A stretch of DNA of 64,000 nt from contig OZ320318.1 in the NCBI GenBank assembly GCA_976226885.1, positions 80,042,001 to 80,106,000 of the forward strand, written 5' to 3'. Positions 52,652 to 63,739 of the stretch are shown here, piece after piece. A program made the position numbers and the translations under genes. Each line of letters starts with the position of its first letter. The stretch's first letter is position 1. A model generated the notes under the pieces. The model was given only the letters and a program-made list of their open reading frames with translations. It had not been told where the DNA came from and ran no database searches. The stretch is from Iphione sp. A-MEVVRFRX5. Taxonomy: Eukaryota.

Positions 52652-55600
52652 GTGACCTGTTTCAGCGAAATGAGTCGGAAGTCGCAGGGACTAAAACCGA
52701 GATATGGGCCTCCAAAGGCGGATGTCCGTCAAAATATTGAAAATGGGGTTTTTATTGTTTTCATATCTATCATGTCTCAAGTTTATTCTGTGAAAAAATT
52801 AGACTCCCACGATGAATATAAGTGCCTGCAATATGGCTCTGAAGGTAGTAACTGCTTGAATGCATACAGACAAAAGAACCCTCGCTCGGGGCTATTTTTT
52901 CCAAACTTCAGCAGCTCACTTTTGGGTCCTCCCATCATCTTAGGCCCACTTCCCGGGTACCTGCTGAAAGCGCGTGAATTTCCCTAGCCAATGACGCCTT
53001 CAGATTTTGAAAGTGCATTCTTTCTGACCAATGACGAGCCGTTTTAAAGGGGGACGTCATGTAAACAATCGTTGCCATGGGGGTCACGTGTGGTGAATGC
53101 CGTGCGCCGATTGGTCGAAAGCCTCCCGCGTGCACGTGTTTGGGTCAGTTTAAATGTCTGGCTTCGCAGTGAGGGGACGTGGGTCGCTGCTCTAGCCGTG
53201 GATAATAATTAATAGAGATGGGAATAACGTAGCATTTGGATGCAGAAGTGTCTGCCAACAACCAGGGATGGCCACGGATCGGGCTCAAGCCTTGGCAGAT
53301 GCTTTAAACAACATCAGTCGGGCCAATTTACATGGCGTGGCTGCAGAGGCACAATGGCGGAATCTCGTGGATGAGTACTTTCTCTATGAGGAGGAGGTGG
53401 AGGAGGGCCTGGCTGATGAGGAGGAGGTGGAGGAGATAGAAGAACAATCGGAGGAAGAGGAGGAACCCTCAGGAGAGGTTGAGGATTCACTGGTAGTCAC
53501 CAATCCTACTGAGGAGATCCTGAAAGACGAGTGGGCACGCTGTGAAAACTTCAGGTAAGTTCTCTTAATCTGCCATAACAGTGATGTGCAGTTGCACTGA
53601 ACAATCGAAGACCAAACTATTAGAAAATTGTCCCTATAGTTACAAATCCCTTTACAGATTCTTAAGTATCTGGTGAACATGTTAGAATAGAATCTTGTGA
53701 ACATGTTAGAATAGGTTTTTGTATTTAGGGCCATTTTAGAATTTTTTAAACTATGAGAAACTGAACATAATTATGAACATTTTCTGTAGGTGTTTAGACT
53801 ATTGTATTTAGGGCCATTGTAATTTTTTTTTTTGAACTGGGAAACTGACCACGTGAAAATTGCCTGCAGGTGCTCTTGTAAACACTACAATGACGACAAC
53901 TGCAGCAAACAGTTCACGGCAACTGAGTTGGCAGACAGACGGCAGGAGGTTTTCCAGCTGTCTTCAGGTACTTATTGTTTCCCGAACTTGTCCAACCTGT
54001 TGAGATTGTAATTATGTAACCATTCTGCATTTCTTCTTTAAGATGTGTAACTGGAAAGATCACTTCAATTTGACGTGTGCCAAAATCATTAGTATTATTG
54101 ACTTGTCAGTGTAACCCTTGCCAGAAAAAACCAATATTATGTCAATCCTATCCATCTTGATGAGACGTCATGTATACCTGTCTCTTCTAGGAGAAAAAGA
54201 CATGCTTCTGCAAGGCATAATAAGTACAGTGACAGACATAAGTGCCATGACCTCAACATGGAAGAAGGGGGAAAAGGGGAAGCACGAGCGACGTGCTCCA
54301 TGCAGCCACTACATGATTGGTTCCAAGGTCATTTGCAGGGACACCTTTAAGTTTATGTATGCGTGAGTATCCCTCATCCTTGTACCTATTATTTTCTTAC
54401 AGGTAGCTTAATGCTAAAATGTAATTTCATGTATTTATAGTGCTAACAGTATGAGTCAATAGATAAGTATATCAGAGGAGTCATGGAGTATGTAACCACC
54501 CACCAATTAAACATGACAACCAACATGCACTTGTATTTATGGTCTACTCTCTTGGTTAGATATTAAGGGTGTTTCACTTTGCCTTCCAGCATCAGCCAAA
54601 ACAAACTGACCAGCATTATTCAATGGTATAAGGACAACGGCGTTGTCCCCCGTGTCAAGAGGGCTGGTGGGAGACAGTCCAAAACCAAGATCCTCCACCT
54701 CACCGATATCCAGAGAGTCGCAGGGTTCCTCACCTCGTATGCTGAGACCAACGCCCTTGTCCTGCCTGGCCGTATAGCTACCCACAAGCGTGATGATATT
54801 CTCCTCCTCCCCTCATCTGCCACTAAGGCAGACATCTACAAACTGTATCGTCAAGCTATGGAAGAGTCTGAGTACAGGTGTGTAGCAGACTCCACATTCC
54901 GGAATTTGTGGCTACAAGTTCTTCCCCGTATAGTTTGTTCCCGCCCAAAAACTGACCTATGTTGGGAATGTCAGCGTAACTACAGGGATATTTCCTCATC
55001 AAGTAATCTCCCCGAGGTAGTCAAGGCAGCAAAACTTAAGAAGCAGCAGAAACATCTGGAGGTTGTAACAGCGGAAAGGACATTTTATCAGAATATGGTG
55101 AAGAATGCCAAGGCTGCCTACCGGGAAGCCAATGCCCCAGTCCTTGGTCCACACCCACCTTGTTCCGTAGACATAGCTACTCATATCAGTTTTGATTATG
55201 CCCAGCAGGTCCACCTCCCCTCCTCCCCCATGCAGCCTGGGCCTCTTTATTTTCTAGTCCCACGGAAGGTGGGTATCTTCGGGGTGTGCAATGAGGCTAT
55301 TCCCAAGCAGGTCAACTATCTTATAGATGAGGGACACTGTGGGAGCAAGGGATCAAATGCTGTAATCTCATATTTGCACCACTATTTTGAGAAGTTTGAT
55401 CTGGGTTCTTGCTCTGTGGATCTGCACTGCGACAACTGCAGTGGCCAGAACAAGAACAATTGGGTGCTAGCATATCTGATGTGGAGGGTCCTGACTGGTC
55501 GGCACCACACACTAACTTTGAACTTTCTTATAACTGGCCACACAAAGTTTGCACCGGACTGGTGCTTCGGTTTACTGAAACAGAAGTTTCGGCATGAGTC

Positions 55601-57060
55601 AGTATCTAGCTTATCCGATTTGTCTCAAACAGTACTGAGGAGTACCCATGATCAGGTCAATGTTCCCCAACTTGTTGGGGATGAGTCTGGGAATGTCTAT
55701 GTCCCAACCTATGACTGGCAAGCTTTCCTCTCGCCTTTTATCCGATGTTTGCCAGGTATTAAGCAGTTTCACCATTTTGAGTTCTCCAACCAGAACCCTG
55801 GGGTTATCTCTTACCGTGAGTATGCAGACAGCCAGCCAAACACTTTCAAGATGTTAAGTGTTGACCCCCAAGCAGTCCCCAGGGGCCCTCCTCCACCCGT
55901 TCCCTCCCCCGGTTTGTCTACCAAGAGACAGTGGTATCTGTTCAAGAACATCAGGGACTTCTGCACAGAGGAGACCAAAGACATTATGTGCCCGAAGCCA
56001 TCTGTTCCTGAGCCCAAGGTGACAGAAGCAGAGTCAGACACAGAGCCAGGACCAGCTCCAGGACCAGCTCCAGGCCCAGCTCCAGGCCCAGCTCCAGGAC
56101 CTGGTGAGGAACGCCCTGCACGAGGCAGAGGCAGGGGCAGAGGCAGGGGCAGAGGCAGGGGCAGAGGCAGAGGCAGAGGTAGGGGCCGTGGGCGTGCCCA
56201 GACCCCTGACACTTCAGAGGAGGAGGAGGAGGAGGAGGAGGAGGAGGAGGAGACGTTCAGGCAAATGGAGAGGTCCAGCTCGGACCAGGACTCTGACTTT
56301 GAACCTGAGCTACAAGCAAAGCCACAACGTAAGCGTGGTAAAGGAGGTCGTGGTCGACCAAAAAAGACCAGATAAACTTGTTCTACTTGTTCTACTGCTG
56401 ATGTTTGAATAATTATGTGCAATTGAAAACCACAAGTGGTTTCACTAATAAGTTTTACCAAGACTTTTTTCAAGACAGTTCATTATTTATTTTTATTTTT
56501 ATTTATACCTCCAAGACAATGGTTTCAACCAATCCAAGACAATCTTAAGACAATCATGAACACTTATGCAGACTATTTTACAAGACCAGGGTCAACCTAC
56601 AGCCCCTTTTTTGTCTTCTAGATGGAGGTACTGTGATACTTTTTGCTTGCCTTATTAGGTTAAGTTTTCCATTCCAGAGTGGAATTTTGTCACATTTTCA
56701 GAGGCCGGCATGAATAAAATATTATGTCTCAAAATGCATGGTTCTTTGGTATTTTGTAGCTTAGATAGTGTAGATAGACTATGTTGAGTTTCAGGAAGAT
56801 TGAGAAAAAAGAAGAAGCTGTTGCTAGGGTAGACTGCCATATAGTGCGGTACCAAAACTTCGAACGCAAATATCTCAGTTTCTCTGTTACGGTTTACCGC
56901 ATCACTATATAACTTCGTCGTTTCACTACATTTTGCCTAATTCCAGTAGGAAGATGCGCTATACCTCGTTTTAAAGGTCAGAAACTACATTTTTTCATAG
57001 AATATATAACTCAAATTTGATTTTTTCCGACTTCCGACTCATTTTGCCAAAACGGGTCAC
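52652..57060 (+). mobile_element. Full-length Sola1-like DNA transposon (4409 bp)
   Basis: ATAT target duplication (AWWT type) on both sides. 33-bp TIRs GTGACC...GAGTCGGAAGTCG with 4 mismatches. Intact transposase gene. Confidence 0.85.
53268..56375 (+). CDS. DDD transposase, join(53268..53554,53870..53967,54191..54362,54590..56375), 780 aa
   Basis: All introns GT-AG, phases 2, 1 and 2, and total length a multiple of 3. Catalytic-like motifs SFDYAQQ, CDNCSGQNKN and GHTKFAPDWCFG. The tail has PGPA repeats, (RG)n, poly-E and RGRPKK. Confidence 0.9.
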
Positions 57061-57785
57061 ATATAAAGTCGTGCATTACTACCATAGGGCTATGACCATA
57101 TATGCTTTAAATTGAAAAGGTCCACTCAGGTACAGATAGCAGGGAGAGTGACCGTATTGTTAAGAGCCAAAGGAGTCCTGATTAAAAACATTCCACCGCA
57201 CATTGAAACTTTCCTGTTCAAGGTCTGAGCCGGGAATTACAAAAAATGGTGTGCTACAAGTGCAAGTAAAAGGAGTCAGATATAGGAAAGGAAATGATCT
57301 TCATGACAAAAGGAAGTTTGTAAACGTGAAAAAATAAATCCCAAAGGTGAGGAGAGTTACTGCCTGCGTTAAGTGAACCAACAATTAAATTGACTTCAAC
57401 AAGCAGCAAGCTTTTAAGGATCTTCTACTTATAATGTTAGGTTACACCATTAATTTTTTAGAAAAATATTTAGGCAATTTAATATGTGATATATGATCAT
57501 TATTGCTACACAGGTCTGCTTTAGCTGCTCATGTGGTTCATTTTGGTCTGAAATTTTATAAATTACCCGAATTAGCTTCGTCAGATTCTCAATGTATTTA
57601 CTGGAATAAAACTCATACCCTTGGTAAGAACATCTTGCATAAACTTGGTCCTGTAGAGGGAGGTATCGAATATGGTAGAAGATATTCAGGAGATACAGTA
57701 AAAGATTTTCAAACCACAGATAAAAAGATTACTGAGGCAATTAAAACATTCAGAGACCAAAATACAGCGAGCATAGGTGACATAC

Positions 57786-58261
57786 TGTAGTTTCTACTTG
57801 GGTTCAATAAAGAACTGACAACTCTGAGTCCTGATTCCAAACTGTCTTTATTCAGGTTCCCTCTCATATTTATATCTTTTCTCCAATCAAGGCACTAGCC
57901 AATCATCCGTCAGTATCAGAGTAAGAGAATACATTGTTACCTCCTTTAACAGTCCTTTCAACTAACCCACCAATCAGGAGAGGGCAAAGTATCACCTTTG
58001 GGCTGTGGAACCACAGCCGAGTGCTGCCGATCCAATCACAAGAAAGCTTTGAGACTCCAGGGTAGTTTGTTTTAAATCCAGGGGTGGCTGTGGTACTACA
58101 GCGACCCTTAGTGCATGTGCACCGAGTCCAGTACTCCTGCACTTACTTCGTATAGCCAGTGCACCCCGACTGTGGCACCACACACTTCTGCGCACAGGGC
58201 GTGTGCCCGTACCTCCACCTGTGGCACCACAGCTCGAGGCCGGATCCTGCATACCACTACA
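57786..58261 (-). mobile_element. 3' LTR of the Gypsy element (476 bp)
   Basis: TGTAGT...ACTACA inverted termini. Minus-strand polypurine tract AAAGAGGGGAGAG abuts at 58262-58274. Minus TATAAA at 57874, AATAAA at 57852, several CCAAT boxes. Confidence 0.9.
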
Positions 58262-58502
58262 CTCTCCCCTCTTTAAATTACTCCCACCTCTGAGGGATGG
58301 GGCGAAGTATTACACCCTAGAAGATCAATGTAGGAACAGCAACTCTAACTCAATCTCCAACACGATAGCCACTAGGTAGCTTTCTTAATTTTAGCACTAA
58401 TGAAATTTCTCTCGCCGTCACTACTTAACACCTGCTAAAGTCTTACAACGCATCTACTCCCAAAAGTATCTGAGTGTCCCTGAGCATGCAGTCTTATAAG
58501 CC

Positions 58503-58702
58503 TGAACTACGGCTTACGGCCGTGGTAGTTCAGTAAAACAGTCATATCAAATGAACTAAGGCTTACGGCCGTGATAGTTCAGTGAAACAGTCATATCAGA
58601 TGTGGAGGTATGTAGTCCTCTGAATGTGAAGTAAGGCTTACGGCCGTGGCAGTTCAGTAAAACAGTCATATCAAGTATGGGGGCTTAAGGCCGCAATAGT
58701 CC
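58503..58702. repeat. Three full and one partial ~47-bp hairpin-forming repeats with variable spacers
   Basis: tgaactac-ggcttacggccgtg-gtagttca-gtaaaacagtcatatca at 58503, 58552 and 58627, partial at 58681. Confidence 0.9.
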
Positions 58703-58948
58703 AACCAACCAATCACATAAAAAAAACACTATCATACTTTGAATTCAACAACGGAGAAGCCCGTGTTGGGCGAAACTTGACCTCTACGTAAACTCTGAAT
58801 CTGGCCTCACTCTCTTGGAGGAAAGTTTGATCACCGTGATGATATCAGTCTCACGTGGAGTTTGAGGCCCGAGCAACAACACCAACTCAACAAAAACATT
58901 CTTTACCCGCTCGGGCCCCTACTCACCACCCTGTGGAGGTCGGCTGTT

Positions 58949-60590
58949 CTACTCCTCCGTCCACATCACGTCAGTGTTGGTGCAACACTGCTGAGGGGGG
59001 CAGGCCTCCAGGAGGTCCCACACAGTGGGGTCCTCCGCTCGTTGTTGGGCCCGCGCTGCTTGTGCCTCCCGCTCCCAGGTGTCGAAGACCTCGCGCCTCG
59101 AGACCGCCGTTGCCTCGTAGGCCGGACGCAGGTCTTTGAGGAGGTTGGTCGCGGCTTCGATCGATCGGTTGTGCCAGCGGGTGACACGTTCGCGGTCGCC
59201 CCACTCGAGCCGGTCAGGGATCAGCATCCCTTCCAGCGCGAGAACCAGCCGCCTGACCAGGGGGTCGATGAGGTGCTGCGGCGATGCCTCCGACTCAGCC
59301 AGGGCCAGAACCCACGCCAAGGAGGAACTGGCGATGAAGCGAGAGGTTGGGCTCATCTCCATCCAGCGGGGAGGGGGCCAATCCAGCCGCTGGGGAAGGC
59401 GCACCATAGTAGGAACCATGACGGCTCGCCGTACCGCCAGGTAGGGCAGCACTCGGCCGTCCAGAATTTCCCGGACTCGGCGGGACAGCGGGCCGAGCAT
59501 GGGCGTGGTGAGTTCCCGTTCTGCCAGTCGTTGAAGGTGTCCTGGCGGGAGAGCTGCCTCCCGGGGCCGATCGCTTGACGGACCTCGAGAGGGTACGGAG
59601 GCCTCCCAAGCCGTCAGGGTGTCGAGGAGGGCGGACGGACTCCAGTCAGGGGTCGGGAGAGATGGCCCCCCTCGCAGCAGACTGGCGACTGACGTGGGCG
59701 TCCCTGGAGTGGCGCTGCTGCTTCATCATCCACCACTGCCGGCTCTTGTTGACCCCCACGGGCCTCCGGTGACGGGAGATACACCCGGCCCCAGGCATAG
59801 GGCACTTGTGGTGCATCCCGGAGATACCCCCACCCGGCAGGAGCTGGAGGCATAGGCAGGGTGCGGTCACTCCCTACGCTGCCCTCCCCAGAGTCGGATG
59901 GGGAAGCGGGACGTCCAACGGCGGCAGCGGCCGGTGAGGTGCACCAGCGGGCTCGGCCAGAAGCATGGGGCGGCTGGGACTGCGGCGGGGGTGTGGACTC
60001 CATTGCCGACGAAGAAGATGGTCTGAGAGGCCCGGGTGGGGGCCTGGCTGCCGGTGTCCGAGGTGCACTGTGCCCAGACAGAAGAGAAGACGGTTGCCGC
60101 CCCCAGACGACGCGCCGCTCGGGGAGGCTCGGCCGACGCTCGGCCGACGCTCTAGGATCTCATCTACCTCCGCCGGACCCATGAAGGTGCCCAGAGTGGC
60201 GGAGAGCTGCCGGGCTCGGATGATGACGTCAGCCCAGTTGTCATCGGGCATGAAAAGTTCCCCTGCGTCGCCCTGTTGATGGTCGAAAAGGCTGCGGTAG
60301 GCGGGGTCCGTCAGTCCCCGCTCCACGACCCACGGATGACGCCGCCGCAAATGGGCGAGCCAGGTGCCAGGCTCGCCTAGGACGCTGGGACAGAAGAGGC
60401 AGTCCATCTGTCGATGTCGGCGGCCCCCATGCTGCTCCTTCTGATGACGCTCCAAGGACTCCCCCGCCCAATACACCCGGTGGGGTGTGCAGAGCTCCCA
60501 CCAAGCTGTACCAGGGGGCAGGGGTTCTCCCTCCTCTACCTGGGGTGCCGGGGGACGTGCCACTTTCTGCCGGGGCATGCCGCTTGCCAT
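58949..60590 (-). pseudogene. Accessory C2H2-like zinc-finger ORF of the Gypsy element (~545 codons, two frameshifts)
   Basis: ATG at 60590. CLFC-x12-H-x4-H finger plus a degenerate upstream finger. Removing the 11-bp duplication at 60130-60151 joins ORF 59614..60003; a second shift near 59700-59730 joins ORF 58949..59500. Confidence 0.65.
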
Positions 60591-60619
60591 AGAGAGAGAC
60601 GGCCAGACAGGGTGGTTGT

Positions 60620-61545
60620 ATAACCACAGGCTCGTTGACAGTACTGGTTAGGTCAAGACGTGGGGCCACAGACTACAACACACAGAGATGATAATCGGTG
60701 CTATCTAACAATCAGCGACAGACAATCGCTGTGGCACCACAGACAACAAGCTTACTGCACTTGGGGTGGCCACTCAGCCGCCCTTACCTGTCGTCAGAGA
60801 TGGAGGTGCGAGGTGCAGCGAGGCCACAGCCCGGTGATGGCGACTGCCGCTCCTCGCCCAGTCACTCGATCCTTCTGCAGCGTCTGCCTGAAACCGTGGT
60901 CTGTGGTTCCACGCTCACGATCAGCTTCCTGTTTCTCAACGCCCCGTCGGATGTGTCCACACAGAAAGACTTATTTTTGGCACTGTCCCCCGGCATCCCC
61001 GCTGTTCTTCTCAGCCTCCTCTCTCCCTCACGTGGCCAGCTGTGGTGCCACGGGCCGCCATTGATCACGTCTCGCGAGACCACGGGTTCTCTCGCGCCCC
61101 GCGAGATCCCGCGTCTCGCGTCCGTATCTCATCTGCGGGCCCACAGCGAAACTGCTTACCCTACGACTGCTGAAGATTCATTCTTTTTGTACTATAGGGG
61201 ACTGGCAGGGATAGGACAAAAACTGTGCTACACCATTCTATTTCCCTTCCTTCGGCTGTGGCACCACAGGCACTTTCGCTGAGTTCTCCCTCTAGAGGGC
61301 AATACCTCCTCCCCGCCTGTGGTTCCACAGCCCGTTCACCTGATACATTGTATCGGCTATTTCCCCTGATTCCACCAATCACTCGTTATGTTAGATTTCT
61401 GTGGCACCACAGTACGAGTGGTTACCCTCTCAGCCAATCACTCGAACGCCAATGATATCTGTGACACCACATACACGATCTTCGCTGCCCGCCGTAGCCA
61501 ATCATCTTGGCCCACTGCACCCCCCCCCCAAATATAAATGAGATG
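60620..61545. promoter_or_regulatory. Putative divergent internal promoter
   Basis: At least 7 CTGTGG-NN-CCACAG-type palindromes, four CCAAT boxes (61375-61503) and plus-strand TATAAAT at ~61534, lying between two divergent ORFs. Confidence 0.6.
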
Positions 61546-61688
61546 AGCTACAGCCAGCCTCCTTCATCTGGACTCTTGCTGCACCTCACCAGGCTCCTCT
61601 ATCCTTCCAGCTACCCCTTCCAGCTACCCCAGTTCTACAGGTACCCGTCTTATGTAGGAATGGCAACTGCTTAACATCTTTGAACTAG

Positions 61689-63702
61689 CTGAACCGGAGA
61701 CAAACCACCCCTAGGGGGAAGGAACAGACCAGGGGAGTGAAGGTACTGAGGGCAGCCTCTGATATTACGGTTCCCCCTGGGGAAGGGGTGGGGGTCCCAG
61801 TGTCTCCCGGTGGAGAGGGCCCATTCTTGGTAGAGGGCTTAGAGGAGGGCCGGTTATTACAAGGGGTGGTAGGAGTGCGTTGTGTTGTAAGCCAGGTGCT
61901 GCCCGTGTGGAACACTGGGGAGAGGGAACTGTTGATCCAACAGGGGACGTCTCTGGCCCTTGGCTCACCAGTGCAGAGGGAGGAGGTTACTGACTACCCC
62001 CAAGATCACCCCCCGAAAGTGGCTACCACAAAGGTGGGGACAGGGGCCGTGATGGATGAGTTGATGGCCACTAAGAACTGGAGACGGTTTTTCTCCCTTT
62101 TTCAGCCTAAACCCAGCCATGACCAATCAAGGGACCGCGTTTGGGCACCTTCCTGCTGTGGTTCTTTGGCCTTATCGCATGTGAGTGTTTGGATAACTCT
62201 TCCTCTACTTCCACTCGTTCTAAGTGTTATCCAACATCCCCTCTTCCTGAAGTTTAGTGTCAGCCAGATCCGTCTTCATTTTTCCTGCCTATTTTCTCTT
62301 CCGTAGGCTCCGCTATCGGCCCACCCTGCCCGGGTCGACCCCCTCCGGCATGAGCATTCACACAGAAGGGCCGGTAGTACGAGTTCTCGGCACCCATTCA
62401 TCTTGCCTGTTCCGGGCCGTCTGGTCTTCCTTGGACCGCTTCACGTGATTGACCTGGTGGTACGCCCCGTCGCCCCTCCTGGCTCGGCGCGACCCCCGCC
62501 AACGATGCCTGCCCCGTCAGACTGGGCCGCTTGCTACACCACCCCGGTGCCCCCACCGGCCTCTCCCTCCTCCAGTGCTTCCGGGTATGGCACCGACAGC
62601 CCTTCATCCCTTACTAGCAGTCGTCTGGACCCCTGGGGGTCCCACCAGGACCTTTCCGCGATGGGCGCCTCACCACCCCCGGCAGACGGATCGGGTCGCC
62701 CCTCTCTAAGCCCACGGCCGTCACCCACCCCGTCGGGAGAAGACTCTGTACCGCCTCCGTCTCCGGCCGTCACGAGGTCAGAATGCACTACCCCCGAGAT
62801 AGGTGATGACATCTCCCGCAGCTCCTCACCCCTGGGGACTTCCCCTCCGGGAGGCCATGTGCCCTTCTCGGCGATTTCGACTCCCGCCCTGGCAGCCTGG
62901 TATCGTCAGCTTCGTTGGGGTGACGCCCCCTTCTGCCCTATCCTGGTATCTTCCTCCGATGAGGAATAGGACCTTGATCAGTAACTATACTCCCCATGCT
63001 AAGTACTCTGTAGCTGCGTGGCTGACATACCTTGAAATAAATTTCAACTAACTAATTTGTCCCCCGTGTTCGTTCTATGTTCTATTCGCTCTCAGACTTA
63101 ATTATAAACACCCTTCTCGTCGTCCCGCAGCAGCGACCAGAGGACATAACCCGACCAGGTTCTAATTCCTTTGCCCTGGTCCGGGTTGGCTCTACCCCTG
63201 ATAGCGTGCCGGCTTGCCCAGAGGACAAAGCCTGGTCAGACCTCCGTCTCCTTCTGGCCCAGGCCGGCTCCACCGTCAGTTCCACCTTCGCGGTCTGTCA
63301 ACTTCTCAGCTACCACCGGCCTACACTGCAAGCGGCCGTAGTGCTGCCCTCCCTAACCGGGAGCTTTCTTCGCACACTATGGCTCGCCCTCCCACAAAAT
63401 CTCCAGAGCTGCCTAGGTCCCCTCCCGGAGGACGTCCCCCCACTTCTCCCCCTAGAACTTTTGGGTACCGCACCCGGGGATGTCCAGCCTCCCCCTCTGG
63501 AGCTTTTGGGTCCCGCACCCGAGGATGTCCAGCCTCCCCCCCCCTGGAGCTTTTGGGTCCCACACCCGAGGATGTCCAGCCTTCCCCTCTGGAGCTTTTG
63601 GGTCCCACACCCGAGGATGTCCAGCCTCCCCCTCTGGAGCTATTAGGTCCCGCACCCGGGGATGTCCAGCCTCCCCTCCCTGGAGCTCTCTGCTCTCCCT
63701 AG
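61689..63702 (+). CDS. Putative spliced antisense gene inside the Gypsy element: exons 61689..62180, 62307..62802 (or ..62969 stop), 63096..~63702
   Basis: CAT|GTGAGT donor and ttttctcttccgtag acceptor join in phase 0. AG|GTGATG donor and a branch-point-bearing ctctcag acceptor join in phase 1. Exon 1 resembles the dUTPase-like beta region of Gypsy pol. Start codon not found; one 2-nt slip in the repeat of exon 3. Confidence 0.5.
63413..63688. repeat. 45-bp tandem repeat, ~6 copies
   Basis: Unit cctccccctctggagcttttgggtccc(g/a)cacccgaggatgtccag; the plus frame reads LELLGP(A/T)PEDVQPPP. Confidence 0.95.
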
Positions 63703-63739
63703 TCCGACCTCCACTGGAAGATTTTTATCCTATCTTTTG

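Noticed and set aside
55811-56473. 220-aa antisense ORF over the transposase tail
   Set aside because: A mirror of low-complexity PGPA/RG/E repeats that lack antisense stops; no independent evidence.
57503-57790. 95-aa plus-strand ORF next to the LTR
   Set aside because: Non-ATG start, stop supplied by the LTR edge, and no recognised motif.
58503-58702. CRISPR-like repeat/spacer appearance
   Set aside because: Eukaryotic retroelement context, only 3-4 units, spacers of very unequal length and no cas genes.
61544-61688. ATG-containing first exon for the antisense gene
   Set aside because: The ATG is about 10 nt from the TATA box, the donor is phase 2 while the acceptor needs phase 0, and the intron would be only 48 nt.
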